Origin: Paraspadella gotoi
Taxonomy: Eukaryota > Animalia > Chaetognatha
DNA: 64,000 bases
Direction: 5' to 3'
Assembly: GCA_051294375.1 (NCBI GenBank)
Contig: CM119263.1
Span: forward strand, 5,454,823-5,518,822
A program made the position numbers and the translations under genes. The notes under the pieces were generated by a model, which saw only the letters and a list, made by a program, of their open reading frames with translations, was not told the origin of the DNA and did no database searches. This document shows, piece after piece, positions 25,680 through 39,020 of the stretch (position 1 is the first letter of the stretch; each line of letters begins with the position of its first letter).

Positions 25680-28600
25680 TCAAGGAACTAAATCTTCTAA
25701 GAGGCTGAAATCTGGATCGAAAAGGTCGTTGGGCGAAGTTTCGTTGAAGGGATTGTCCAAAAAGTCAAGGGAGAAGTCGTCCGCTGCCGATGACGCCGCG
25801 GCCGCCGCCGACGCAGCGCCGCCAAAGTTCGAGTTCGTTGGCCCAAAGCCGGCGCCGCCCGACGCTGCGGAGCTCGGCACAGGCTGCTGGGTCGGCGCCA
25901 ACGACTCGGCCTCGCAGGCGGGCTGCGTCGTTGCCATGGTGACTGAAGAGGAGACGTGCATCTGCAACGAGGTTTGTCCGGCCCCGAGAATAGACATCTG
26001 TTGCTGACTCGATTGCATCGTCATCTGCATTTGCTGTTGATGCTGAAGCTGTGATTGGTGCTGTTGTTGCATCATCGGCGATATGCTGGGGTTGCTGTTG
26101 CCGGGATGACTGTTTTGGGTGAAATACTGTTGCTGTTGGGGTTGTTGTTGCTGGGGTTGTGAGCCGGGTGCGGGACCCCGCATGGACACGGCCCCGTGCC
26201 CGACAGGCATCATCATGTTCGGGCCAGGAGATCCGAGGCCAACTTGACGCGATCCTTGTGGGCCGACCCCGACGTGGGGGCCATTCATGGGCTGCGGGGA
26301 ATTAAACCCTGGGACGGAACCGCCCATCATTTGAGTTTGACTCCCGGGCGGAGCTGAGTTTTGTCGCATGTACATGGCGCCGTGTGGTCCGCCGTGGGAA
26401 GCGCCATGGGGGCCGCCGTGGGGACCGCCGTGGGGAGCGGCAGGCCGGTACCAAGACTGCTGCCCGGCGGGCACACCACTTGGGGCAGCGTTGCTGGACA
26501 TGAGCATCGGCTGCGAGATGTTGAGTCCTTCTGGCCCGACATTGACGTTGGGGGGGCGTTGATTCCTCATGATGGCGCTGGTGAAGTGGGAGGGTTGGGG
26601 AGGATCAGAGTTGGAATGGGTGGTCGTGGTGGTTTGCCGATTGCTACAGGGGAAGAGGGAGAGAAAAAATAGGGTTGAGGTTTTAATTAAATTAAACACA
26701 TATTATAAAAAATTATGAATGATAAATATATATTTTGAAATTGGAAATCCATATATGTAAGTTGAAAGAAAATTGGTCTAAGCATTCAAAAGCTATAGCT
26801 CCCAAAAAATAAGTGAAAAAAAATATTCGTCATTTTAATCATTCCAAAAAACTATTATAAAAAATCTGCTAAAAACCAAAAATATATTTTAACCTTAATT
26901 TATGTTTTTTAAAACATATATAACTTAAAAAAAAATTGGTCCAGACATTTCAAAGCTTTTAGCATCTTAAATACAAAAGGTTAAAAATAATTTTTTTTTT
27001 GGCTCTAATATTCTATTTGTAATCTCGTAGTTACTTTTAAAAAATTACTGCTTCAAACGGATAGCCATATATTAACCAAATTTACACCAATAATTTTTTT
27101 TCTATAAATATTATTTATTTATAATATCTTTCATTTTAAAGGAATCTAACTTAATTTATTTTCATGTTTTTGGGTGTCCTTTTTTTTTGCACAGGACTGT
27201 ATTTTGGACTGAATTTTGCTTTAAAAATGCGGAGGCTTTTTTATATATTCTTATAGCGGCCGATGTAGAATAATGGGAATATTCCAATTCCTAAGTTTCA
27301 TGTAAATCGGATCATGAATATAGAAAATATTTAAAAAAAAACTTCAAGAAATCCACCCCTTCGATGATTGACAAAATATTATCACAGAGCCAATCTTTGT
27401 AAATATTGATCAATAAGTCAATCCCGGTGAGGAAAAAAGAGCATCGGTCAGACGCTCACCTTTGCTGCGTCTGGTTCTTTTGCTGTCGCTGCGCCGCTGC
27501 AGACCCGGATGTAGTTGACTTAGCCTGCGTCTTCATTGGTGCCGACGTCGTAAGAGGAAGGTTGCCCGATCTCGAGGAGACGGACGATTGTGTCGTCGTC
27601 GTGCAAGACGTGACGGGCGTCTTGGGGAGAGCGGCGCCCCCAGTGGCTCGCCCGCTGGGACCAGATGGTCCGGTGGGGCCGGACGGGCCACTGGACCCGG
27701 ACTGTGAAACGTCGGATTGTGTCGTCGCAGGTCCGGAGGAGGAAGAGGAGGAAGAGGAGGGAGGAGGAGGGAGACTTCCCACTTCTTGCTTGATCATTAA
27801 CGGATTCTGATTCGGTGATGGACCTCGATACATTGATTGAGGCCCCGACTGAAGACCGTGTGGCCCAGTTTGAGGCCCATGAGGCCCTGTTGGAGGCCCG
27901 TGTGGCCCGGTTTGAGGACCATGAGATCCTTGTGGACCAGTCTGTGGACCCTGCGGCCCCGATTGAAGTCCATGTGAACCGGATTGGGATACATGCGAGC
28001 CAGAGTGAGGTCCTTGAGGCCCCATTTGAGGCCCGGACTGTGGCCCGTGAGGCCCGTGTTGGGCCCCCTGAGGACCGACCATTCTTGGCCCAGGACCTGG
28101 ATTACCGAAGCCCGGCGGAGCGTGGGGGCCTCCGGGAGGAAGCTGTTGTTGCTGGGGATATCCCTGTTGACCCGCGGCCATGATGGTGAATTGATTGGGT
28201 GCGCCCTGACCCGGCTGCGGACCCATAGAATTCTGCTGCATCTGCATCTGTTGCATGTGCTGCATTTGCATTTGTCTTTGTTGCTGCATCATGACCATCT
28301 GTTGCATCTCGTGCGGCATTTGATGACTAGGATTGGTTAGACTTTGTCCCATTTGTGGAGCGCGGGTCATACTCATTGAGTTCATGGACTGCATGCTCGT
28401 CATGGACATGGAACCGGGGTAGCCACTCGATGGGCACATGGAATGGGGTCCATGGGGACCCACTTGAGTCATCATCTGCTGACTTTGTTGACTCTGCATG
28501 TGCATGTGGTGATGGGGCATCATGCCTGGCTTCATTGAGGACGGCGGACACTGGAAAGGAGCAAGGAAGAATGGGTGAGTGATAGGATTGAACTAAACTA

Positions 28601-31600
28601 AAAAAGAAATAAAGTTTGAAATGATTTAATGCATTAATTAATTTGTGAATAAGGGTATGTCCAAAAGAACAACTAAGTATTACTGGTGGAACGATTATTT
28701 AATTATGGATAAGTTGTTAATGTCTTCAGCGAAATAATAGTCAAACCTTTTAAATCATCATTCCATTCACACAGAACGCCACTCGCACAGAATAAAAAGG
28801 TTCAACTTAATATTGAGGAGGAGAATGTCTTTTCAAATCCCTGAACCAGGACCTCATTACTGACCTGATGATACTCCATGCTTTGGTGAGATGAGGCCAT
28901 CATTTGCGCGGACATTTGCGCGGACATTTGGCTCATTTGATTGTGAGGATTCATCATGTGATGCGAGTGCGAATGAGGATGTGGTGGCATCGACTGGAAG
29001 GATCCGTGAGGTCCGCCTGGGAAAGACCCGCCTGGTCCCGCCTGGTTGGAGTACATGGCCGGACGCATGCCTGTTGAGGATGAGGAGAGAGAGAAATCTT
29101 AGTTGATGTAATATTTCTTCTTTTGCACTTTTTGCGCATTTTTTTATAAGTTAAAACCTCGCGTTTAACCCTTTCAAAACGGCTAAAGTTTATTTGTTAT
29201 TTTAATTATTATTTTTATTTTTACCTGGATGCATGGCTTGATTAGGCCCGGCCATGCTTTGGGCGGGATGTCCCATGCCAGGCCCCATGCTGTAGCCCGA
29301 CCCTGGCCCGAAATTCGCGCCAGATGGGTTGTGCCGTAACTGCATCTGCTGCAGCTGCGCGAGTGAGGAAGAGGAGGGGGGCGTTCCCGAAGGTCGGGCG
29401 GCCTGACCTGAACCGAAAGGATGCCCGGGAGAGATGCCTCCAGGGTAGGCGTTCGGTCCGCAAGAGGAGCCCATCGACCCAGCGGGCACTGGGCTGCCGA
29501 TTGACCCCGGCGTGCCCGGCGAGGAAATGACCTCTTGCTTGACCGTGACGCTTGTGGCGGCGCCAGAGAAAGGCGGGGCCACGCCCACCGGCGACGAATG
29601 CGCCCCCACCGATTGATGAGGATTGGGACTCGTCATGCGCGGATTGGCACCCGGATAGGCGGGGCTCGGCGCCGCATTGGCACCGTAGAATCCCGCGTTG
29701 GAGGCGTTGGACGACGGAGTGGTATTGGCTCCGCCGGGGAAGGGTGAGGTCCGGTTAACGGGGTAAGGGCCAGAGGTGGCCCCAGATTGATTGGCCGGCG
29801 ATTGATTGGGTCCTGATTGTTGAGGATATTGACTGGGATATCGGAGATTCGACGGGGAGAAGGGAGAGAGGGGTCCGCCTGAAGGGGAAGAGAAAAGATG
29901 AGTGAAAATAACTATAAAATTATCAACGCAGAGAATGGATTATCTAGTGGCTTGTCTCTCTTGGCTTCTCCGTCTTTTCTTCTGATTGACCAATCAGAGA
30001 GGAGGCTTCCCTCAGGAAACCGACGGCAGAGAAACGAGAGAGGGAACGTGATCACTCTTCAACTTACCTTCAAGAAACAAACATCAAACTCCTTATGGAC
30101 TATTTGTTATATTGTCTATTGCCTGCCATTTCTCTGCATAATCTACATATTTTGTATGTTAATTATCATCATCCTGAAGTGTTCTTATGTCAATAAAACT
30201 CCTCCTATTTCTCCCTTAATAAACCACGCCTACTTCCTTCGTTGTTATTATAAATAAATAAATTACTTGTACTTTACTAGAATGAATTTTAAAATTAATT
30301 TAAAAAGTTTGTAATGTTGCGTAGCCAAATTGCATTTCAAATTGACACTAACTAAAAACAATTCTTTGTCCTTGTAATTCATTATTGAGAGTTCCTATGT
30401 TTTTCAATATTTCGATATCCCGATGAAAATGTAAACTTAAACTCTCTCTCTCTCACCTGGCGAACAATTCTGATATCCTTGATGCCCTTGCGGCGTCCCC
30501 GGTTGCCCTTGGGAACCGGGACCGGCCGAAGCGGGCGAGTTCCCTTGATGCTGTTGCAATTGCTCTTTCTGGCTCTTGTGTTTTTCGGCCATTTGCTTCA
30601 AAGTTGCGGCAGCTGGGGAGATGGCCGCGGCGCCGGAGCCCGACCCTGCTGCGGAGCCGGGAGAGGCTGCCGGCGCCCCTGAGGACACGTTGGCCCCGGC
30701 CGGCGTTGTCGGACCGGAATGACTCGCCGCGGCGGCGGCGGCTGCTGCTGAACCGTTTGGATGCAGCGTGACATCGACGGAGGAAGAATTTCCAACGGAC
30801 AAAGTCCCTGATGGATTTTGATAATATTCACGATTATTATGATTTTTATTATGATTGTGGCATCGTAGATTTCGCGACCAGAGAGCAGAAGTTCTTTCGA
30901 TATCTCTCTCTCTCTCTCCTCTCATCGTTTACCTAGGGTATCATCAATCAACGACCAATCACCAAGCAATCACTCACCAGATCCGGTCGCAGTGACATTT
31001 GTTGACGTCACCATCGACATTGAAGCTTGGAAAGGGGAAGAGGAGGAAGAGGAGGAGGAGCATTGGGAGTTGGTGCCACCCATGGAGTGAGAGGAGGTTG
31101 AACCTGGGCCGAGCGTCGTCCCTGGAAAATGGTAAAAATGGCATTTGAGAAAATGCTAAAAATGCCATTTGAAAAAAAAAATGGATAGCGAGACAATTGA
31201 GAAAATGGTAAAAATGGGATTTAAAGATATTATAACTAGACATTTGATGAAATGGTAAAAATAGCATTTGAAAAAAAAATGACGAGTGACGATTGTGAAA
31301 ATGGTAAAAGTGGCTTCTGAGAAAATTGCGATTAAGAAAATGGTGAAAGTGGCAAAAAGCAATCGCAGATTTCACAGTCACTCACCGTAGGGAGGTGGAG
31401 GTTTCGACTGGTTTTTAGCCTCAGGATGCGCGTTTGTATTTGTTGGGCCTTTAAATGATAAAACAGCCACATATATAAATGGAGAAAATTAACTAACAAT
31501 AAAATTATTAAAATCTACCTTTGGCGTTAAAATTGGAGTGGTTTTGTCCTGGACCCGCTTGACATCCCATCACTCCAGCACCTCCAGGTCCCGATGGAAC

Positions 31601-31930
31601 ACCTGGACCAGGATAATTGCTTTGGTGCGACGTTGGCGTTGCGTTGGTGGCGTGAAATGGCGGCACCTGGTAATAGATGGGGCGTTGTATCGTTATATTC
31701 GTTTCTCGCGGTATTACGACGATGGCCTTAGGTAAGTCATTAATGTACAGGATAGGCTAAAATACTCATAGAAAATAACTTTGGAAATACTTGATCAAAA
31801 AATAGAAAGCTTTTCACTCTTGGAAACTAAACAGTGGTCAGTGGTCAGTGGTCAGTGGTAAGTATCACGAAATGACATTCACTGCCGCCAACAATATATC
31901 TATCTTTTACTTACACACACAGAGACACAG

Positions 31931-31970
<40 letters not shown>

Positions 31971-33311
31971 TCTAGAAAATGGAGGCTCCGCTGCCGTCGA
32001 TGGAAGCGAAGAATTCCAAACAGAATCGGCGAGGTCGTTCTTGGCGTCAACATTGGCGGCGTTGACTCCATTGACGCTCTCCTCTTCCATCTGCTCTATT
32101 GCCTTCATGATGTCGTCTGGCAATTCGCCTGAAGAGTCGCTGCTTCCGTCTTGGAAGAGACGGAGGATGTCCTGGTGGAGAAGGAGGGGAACAATGAGAT
32201 TTTTGTTTGACTTTAGAATTATTAAATTCTTCGAAATCACGAGTTACAAAATATAAAGTCACTCATTTACCGAAATCGCCCCTTAAATTCTAATATCACT
32301 CCATCAACCCCAGCACCTTCATCAACCCCAGCCGCTCCACTACCTTGATGTCGTGATCATCGAGCGTGTTGGCGTCTCCGCCTCCCGCAGCGACGTCCGC
32401 CAGATTTCCGCCACCAGTCGGCGCTTTCGTCGTCGTCGGCGTCGACGAGTTTCCTGCATCCGGTTTTTCGTGTTTGATGTCGACGTTCGTCTCGACGTTT
32501 GTCGTGTTGGTTCCACCTTGGACGCCGTTGGACGAGACGGTCACCTAGCGACGGTGGAAAGAAACAAAACTTAATAAATGAATTGAAAATTGAATTGTTG
32601 ATGTTTGACGTGAAACCTTGTGTCAACGCTTTCACTATCACTACTAGACTATCATTCCCGAGCGTAACTATTCTCGCACGCCTCGAGTGACTTTTCACAT
32701 TTATTTTTACTCTTCCCCAAGTGAGACTTCACCTGTGTCGTGAATGTTCCGCCCGAATTCGATTCGCCATCGAATTTCGAAACGACTTTGACTTGAACGC
32801 TGGCGGAAGTCGCTTCGCTGGAATCTGGGAAAGAGAAAAGTTTATTTGGCTTAGAAACTAGAAATGATTTGACTAATAAGCTTTAGCTGAGAAATTATTT
32901 CATGTCATTTAATAGTAGAAGCTAAAACATCAAGATAAATAATGTCAATGAGAGACTACTAGTTTTTAAAAGAGCAAAGATTTTCTGAGGCTAAATTAAA
33001 ATTTTTACTCGTCCCTAAACCGTAAATCTAGATAAAATCCATAATCTTAAACCCAAATCTAAAATAAAAAAAAATCCCAAATCCTAAAACCCAAAATCCC
33101 AAACTAACTTTTTTGCGAGTGAGACGGGTTGGCTGAACTGGGACAGGATCTCTTTGTGCCATGGGGCGCGGATGACCCAACGCCCGTGCCGCCCGGGCCG
33201 CTGGGGTTGCCGGGGCCAGTCGGGCCGCCAGGAAGATTGTCGGCCGATGGGAAGCCGCCAAAATTGGGGACGCCATCGACCGGCGGCGCTGATCCGTCGG
33301 CGTTCTTAAAT

Positions 33312-33355
<44 letters not shown>

Positions 33356-34783
33356 CATGCCCATACCGCTGTGCTCCGCTTCCAGCTTGCGCTTTAAGTA
33401 GTTCTGCTGGAAATGAATTAATTATTAATAATTAAAGAGTAATAACTAAGTTTAAGATGTTCGATATGAATCAATACTAACGGCGATCTGCAATGCTCTA
33501 GAATCCAATTCTTTGTTCCCTTGATTGTTGCCAAAATTGTTTTGCGATCCGACGGCTCCAACGGCTCCAGCAGCTGAGAGGCTGTTGTTGCTAGAGTTTT
33601 TTGCTCCTCCGCCTTTCGGTTGTTTTTTCAACCTTTAAATGAATTTTTATTATTGTTGTTTTTAGTTTTGCTTCATAAAAAAAAAACCGATTCTACATTA
33701 TAACATCATAACATCATACCAATTTCATAATAGAGGTTCTTTTATCCAATTGACTATTACATACAATTGAAACATTCTTTGAAACATTATGCCACTTCAT
33801 TGATAGGGAAGCCAGGTACTCTGGGAGTGAATAAACGAGACTGTGAGAAAGCTTTAATTGAAAGCTTGCAGGGACCTGTTGTGTCATTATCTTGTAAGAG
33901 TGATGGAGGCCTTAAACCACCGAAGCCTGTCCAAAGTCAGGGGCAAGATAGCTTATTTATTAAATGAATGGATAATTGTTATATTGGTTGTACCAATTTC
34001 ATATAGCTATATTCCACTTCATTGTTTTTAATAGTTGATAAACTGTAGACTGCCTCTTACAGTTTGCCGGAGAGAGTTATGATTGTAAGCTATTGTAGCG
34101 GTATATTCACACCGCCTCACGTCCACCATCCTTCAGAGGGGGAACACACCATCCCAGGCGTAGTGTTCCATCTACAGTCCTAACGACTTCCCTCTGCGTT
34201 GGCAAAGCGAGACCGTCCTAGGGTAACCGCGCCAGTGACTGGATGCGTCACTGAGGGTCGGAAGCCCCCAAAGCCAACAGTGAGATGCCCCATCCCAATG
34301 GGCATCACAGGCAACCCGGCTGTTGCCATACTATTTTATTATCTTGTTACCTTGTCCAGAGCCAGGAGGCAACAAATTAGCTTACTTTTTGAATGAACGA
34401 CAACTAACAATTTCGCCGACTCTTACTCACTCTCCATTCACCCACCCGATTCTCCTTTTTCACCCACCGATCTCACCCGAAAAATAACCTCACCTTCCAT
34501 CAACGACTTTCTGATGATAAGCGACGGTATCTTGTCTCTGTTGGTCGTACATCCCCGTCGACGTCCGTTCGTATTTCGGACCAGAATTATCGTGATGTCG
34601 TTTGTAGATTTGGAGTCGCTTTCGAAGTCGATCCAGGGTCATGGTACGGTCCACGTTGTTGACGGGGGCGCCGCCGCCGACGCCGCCGACCCCGCCGACC
34701 CCGCCGACGCCACCGCCGGCGCCTGATTGGTCGCGCTGATTGCCGATACCGTTCGGTCCGGCGTTAGTGATGAAATCTCCCAT
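25680..34783 (-). CDS. mam: Mastermind-like Notch transcriptional co-activator, about 13-14 exons (internal boundaries approximate)
   Basis: N-terminal MamL-1 helix TLDRLRKRLQIYKRHHDNSGPKYE...QQRQDTVAYHQK, central SPAAATLKQMAEKH, long Q/M/G/P-rich regions and an acidic C-terminus DFSLDFLDN..DLFDPDFSLLEDL. Confidence 0.9.
26700..27201 (-). mobile_element. Possible Tc1/mariner-type MITE remnant
   Basis: Minus strand reads TA-CAGTCCTGTGCAAAAAAAAAGGACACCC at 27201-27172, resembling a Tc1 terminal repeat with a TA site. The partner end was not found. Confidence 0.35.
31125..31370. repeat. Degenerate minisatellite (AAAATGGTAAAAATGGCATTTGAG-like) in a mam intron
   Basis: Recurrent AAAATGGTAAAA/GCATTTGA motifs. 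Confidence 0.6.
33760..34002 (+). mobile_element. Dispersed repeat family R1, longest copy
   Basis: Contains all blocks seen in the copies at 980, 2354, 7297 and 43491. Confidence 0.8.
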
Positions 34784-35319
34784 CGTGAAGACGAATAAAA
34801 AAGTTTTTATCACAATCACAGAATTGAAAGGGTGAAGAAGTGTGAGAAAGAAAATTGGGGGGGGGGCGTAGAATGAACGACCGTCGAAGATTCAAGCTTT
34901 TGGTTGATTCGGTTTTTTTTTTGTTTCGTTTTTTTTGTTTATGTTTATGTTTTGTTTGAGGCCGGGGACGATACTCTACGCGGTAGGACAGTCGTGATTC
35001 GTGTAATTAGAGTGAAGCCAATCAGTGACTGAAGGCAGAAGTCTGTACGGAATCACGCTGGTTGTCATCTCGCCGGTTCTCAGTCCGGTTCGTTGTTGTT
35101 GTTGTTGTTGTAGTTGTTTTGGAAAACGAAGATTCGCGAATAAAAGTGAAGGAAGACTATTGGATGCGAATCGCGCGACGACGCGACGTCAGCGCGCGTC
35201 ACCTGGCGGGGGAAAAATAAAAAAAATAACGTTTAAAAATAAAAGGTTAATAAGTCGGAATTTACTTTCAGCGATAAGAGAATTTTCACAAAAGATGAGA
35301 AGATGGGACTGAGATTAAC

Positions 35320-35590
35320 TGTATCGAGTATTCGATCACAACGAAGATGTGAATTGATTGACAGGAGCTCTCGAGTTGATTGATCCGAGGGAAGATATAA
35401 ATTAATTGGCCAGAGCAATGGGGTTGATTGGTCAGAGGGAAGATGTGAATTAATTGGCGAGAGCATTCGAGTTGACTGGTCAGAGAAAAGATGTGAATTG
35501 ATTGTCCGAGGAATTCAGGTGGATTTGTCCGAGGGAAGATGCGAAATGATTGGCCAGAGATTTCGTGTTGATCCGTCGCAAGAATGGAGA
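35320..35590. repeat. ~48-nt tandem repeat (GAGGGAAGATGTGAATTGATTGGCC..GAGTTGATTGGTC), about 5-6 copies
   Basis: GAAGATGTGAATT variants recur near 35344, 35391, 35440, 35488 and 35536. Confidence 0.7.
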
Positions 35591-35734
35591 TGATTTGTCG
35601 ATATAATAGATTTGATTGGGTTCAACAATTAATTTGATTGGTCACGACAACGAAGTGAAGAAAAAAGAATCGATTCGTCAGTGTTGCCAAGAAATGGATT
35701 CAAGTGGTTCTAAGATGGGATCTCTTCTTCCCCC

Positions 35735-36090
35735 GAATAAGCTCTCCGATAGATGAGCTCTCTCAGGATTTGCTCTAGACCCCGAGTGAGCTCTTCCCTC
35801 CGGATGAGCTCTCCCCTTGCATGAGATCTCCCCAAGACGAGCTCTCCCTCCAGATATGCTCTCACCCACGAATTAGCTCTCACCCTGCATGAGCTCTCAA
35901 GATAAGCTCTCAAGTTAAGCTCTCTCCTTATATGCTCTACATCCCAAGTGAGCTGTTCCCCTGGATGAGCTTCACCACTGGATCAGCTTCCCCCCCCCCA
36001 ATTAAGCTCTCCCCCGAGTGAGCTCTCCCTTTCCCTTAGCTCTCCCCTATATGAGCTCTCCCCCTCAGAATGAGCTCTCCCTGGATGTTC
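35735..36090. repeat. ~20-nt minisatellite built on ATGAGCTCTCCC
   Basis: GAGCTCTC/AGCTCTC recurs about 15 or more times at short spacing. Confidence 0.75.
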
Positions 36091-36599
36091 TGCCCCTCAA
36101 TTTCTCCGTTGGGCTTCTTCGGCGAAAGTCAATTTCGGTTTCGATCGCGGAACAAAAGATTTTTCTTTTCTTCAATCCCAGTGTTTTTGGCTTCCTCGTC
36201 GTCGTCGTCGTCGTCTGCACCTTCGTCGTCTTCATCTTCGTCTTCGTTGTCGTCAGATTTTTTTCTTTTAAGTTTCGATTTCACCAAGAAAAAGATAAAC
36301 GAATTTTAGGCCAAAGTTTGAGAAAAAGCGAGATAATCTTTTTTGGCTACTTAATCATTGTAAACAAAAAAGAGATAAAAAAAAACAAAAAAACCAAACG
36401 CGAAAATCCAGTCGAGATTCGATGAATATATTCTTTGTTTGTTTGTTTTTATGAATGCATTTTTTCGTGGTTGAAGCAAAAGATATCAGCGAGTCTTGCA
36501 CAAAAATCTTCCTTCAATGAGCCTCATTGCAGCAAGAAAAAATGAACCAAAGTCGCTGGGCTTTCTTCAATAAAATTGTTTCAACAGAGTACGAGTTCG

Positions 36600-36659
36600 C
36601 GAACACTCTCTCGCTCTCAATCATTTTTGTAACGATAAAAAGCGCAAAAAAACTAAACA

Positions 36660-36738
<79 letters not shown>

Positions 36739-36944
36739 AATCCTTGTTGTCGTTGTAATTGTCTTCGTTTTCGTTTAGTTTTTGATTTATTCTTTTTTTT
36801 CGTTCGATGCAGAAGATTCTGAGTGAAAAAAAAAATTCCGAGAAAACAACAAAAAAAAAATTGAAAAAAAAAAAAAAAAGCGAAAAAGTTGAAAATTGAT
36901 AAAGAAGTCAAAATTCACCCACTGTTTTTCAGCGTTGTCGAGAG

Positions 36945-36997
<53 letters not shown>

Positions 36998-37212
36998 CTT
37001 TGCTGCCAACCGACCGACATCTGATCTCGGTTTACTTTTTGTTCAACGGTTTTGCACTTGGGCTTGTGAGCGAAAGATGGAAGGAGAGACGAGAGAAGAA
37101 AGACAGCAGCAGAGGAGGGAGGAGGAGGAAGAGGAGGAGAGGAGAAGAATTAAGAAAGAATAAGAAATCGGTTTGTCGGAGTAAAGGCGAAACCGTCTCT
37201 CTCTCTGTCTAT

Positions 37213-37251
<39 letters not shown>

Positions 37252-37782
37252 GATAAGAGATGTGAAGATATCCTCCTTATTTTCTTCTTTTTTCTTCTCT
37301 CGAGACATCGAGGGAGAGAGAGAGAGAGAGAAGGAGAGAGAGCGAGAGGCCCAAGACGCTGCCAATCACCGCATTGGTGTCCCGGTTCCCGAAATCGAGT
37401 CAAGGAAGAATCCCTTCACCGACACTTAGTCTTTTTCTTCTTAATTTTGTTTCTTATTTAGTTCGTTTTTTCTATTTTATTTTATTTTTGTTCAATAATT
37501 TGTTCGTTTTTTATATTTCCTTTTTTAAATTTTATTTTGTTATTTTTTTTATTTTATTTTACTTTATTTTTTTTATTTCCATCTTTTACTGAATATCTTT
37601 TTAAAATTTTAATAATAAGATTTATTTTATTATTTTTTCTGTATTTTTTAAAACTTTGTACGATAAAATCTTTAATTGTTAAACTACCAAAGAAGGTGTA
37701 TCTTATTTTGAAAACAAACTAGTACACAAACAAAAGGCCACGATCAATGAAATTAAAAGGAGAAATCGGTAAACACATTCCT

Positions 37783-37831
<49 letters not shown>

Positions 37832-38624
37832 TCTCTCTCTCTCTCTCTCTCCTTTTTTGTAACCAATTGAAAACAGGAGGAGGACGACGCTAAGAGGCAA
37901 CGTGCGCTGAGAGAGAGAGAGAGAGAGGAGAGAGGATGATGAGAACTGGAGGATAGACGAGAGGATGAGAGAAGAGAGACACTGAACGACGCCGAGGCGG
38001 CTGACGCGGATTTTCCGTCCAAGATTCCCGACCCTTCATCATCATCATCATCATCATCATCGTCATCATCATCATCATCATTTTCATTGGTACCTTTCAA
38101 ACATCATTGTTGATCCTTTATCCTTAGCATCATCATCATCATCCTTGTTAAGATCATAATTTTCATCTTTTTGTAGTATATAGTAATGTAGTCATAGTAA
38201 TGACTAATAAGTAATTAGTAATGAGTAATAAATATACAGCCGCGATTGACAAATTGAATTTTATTTGTTTCTGAATACTACAAAAATACAGAATTTAAAA
38301 AAAGATAAATTGCATAAAATTAAGATAATTTAAAATTAAAATTTTGATCTTAAAATATATTAAAGATGAATATAGCTTTAAATATACACTAAAAGATAAA
38401 ATGTATAAAAGTCTATTCTTAAAATAATTCAAATATATCTTTCAATTTAAAAGTTTTAGTTTATGAATAAACAGCTGTATCAATAAATGTTTTTTGATAG
38501 TACCAATTTATAAAAACCACTAAATAAATGGAAACGGTGATCGTGTGTCACCAATTCTATTATCTACTTTGCAGCGTCAAGCTGGCAAGCTAGCATCGAC
38601 GGAGAGAACGAGGGAAAAAGAGAG

Positions 38625-38675
<51 letters not shown>

Positions 38676-38716
38676 AAAGAGCAGCGGGCGAAACAGCGCA
38701 GCCTGACGCGGAGATC

Positions 38717-38760
<44 letters not shown>

Positions 38761-38842
38761 CGATAACACATTGTAATTGAACGGAATATGTTTTGTCATT
38801 TCCATGAAATTAAGCGTCGGACGTCGAAAGAAAAGGATCTAA

Positions 38843-38893
<51 letters not shown>

Positions 38894-38980
38894 AGGAGAG
38901 AGAGAGGAAAGAAAATGGGAGGGGAGGTATAGAGAGAGAGGCATGGCTGCGATTTTTGTCCGAAATCAAAATATCTGACG

Positions 38981-39020
<40 letters not shown>

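Noticed and set aside
37816-38100. Poly-Asp/poly-Met ORFs, duplicated at 40729-41076
   Set aside because: (GAT)n microsatellite within the gap-flanking duplication, with no domain evidence.
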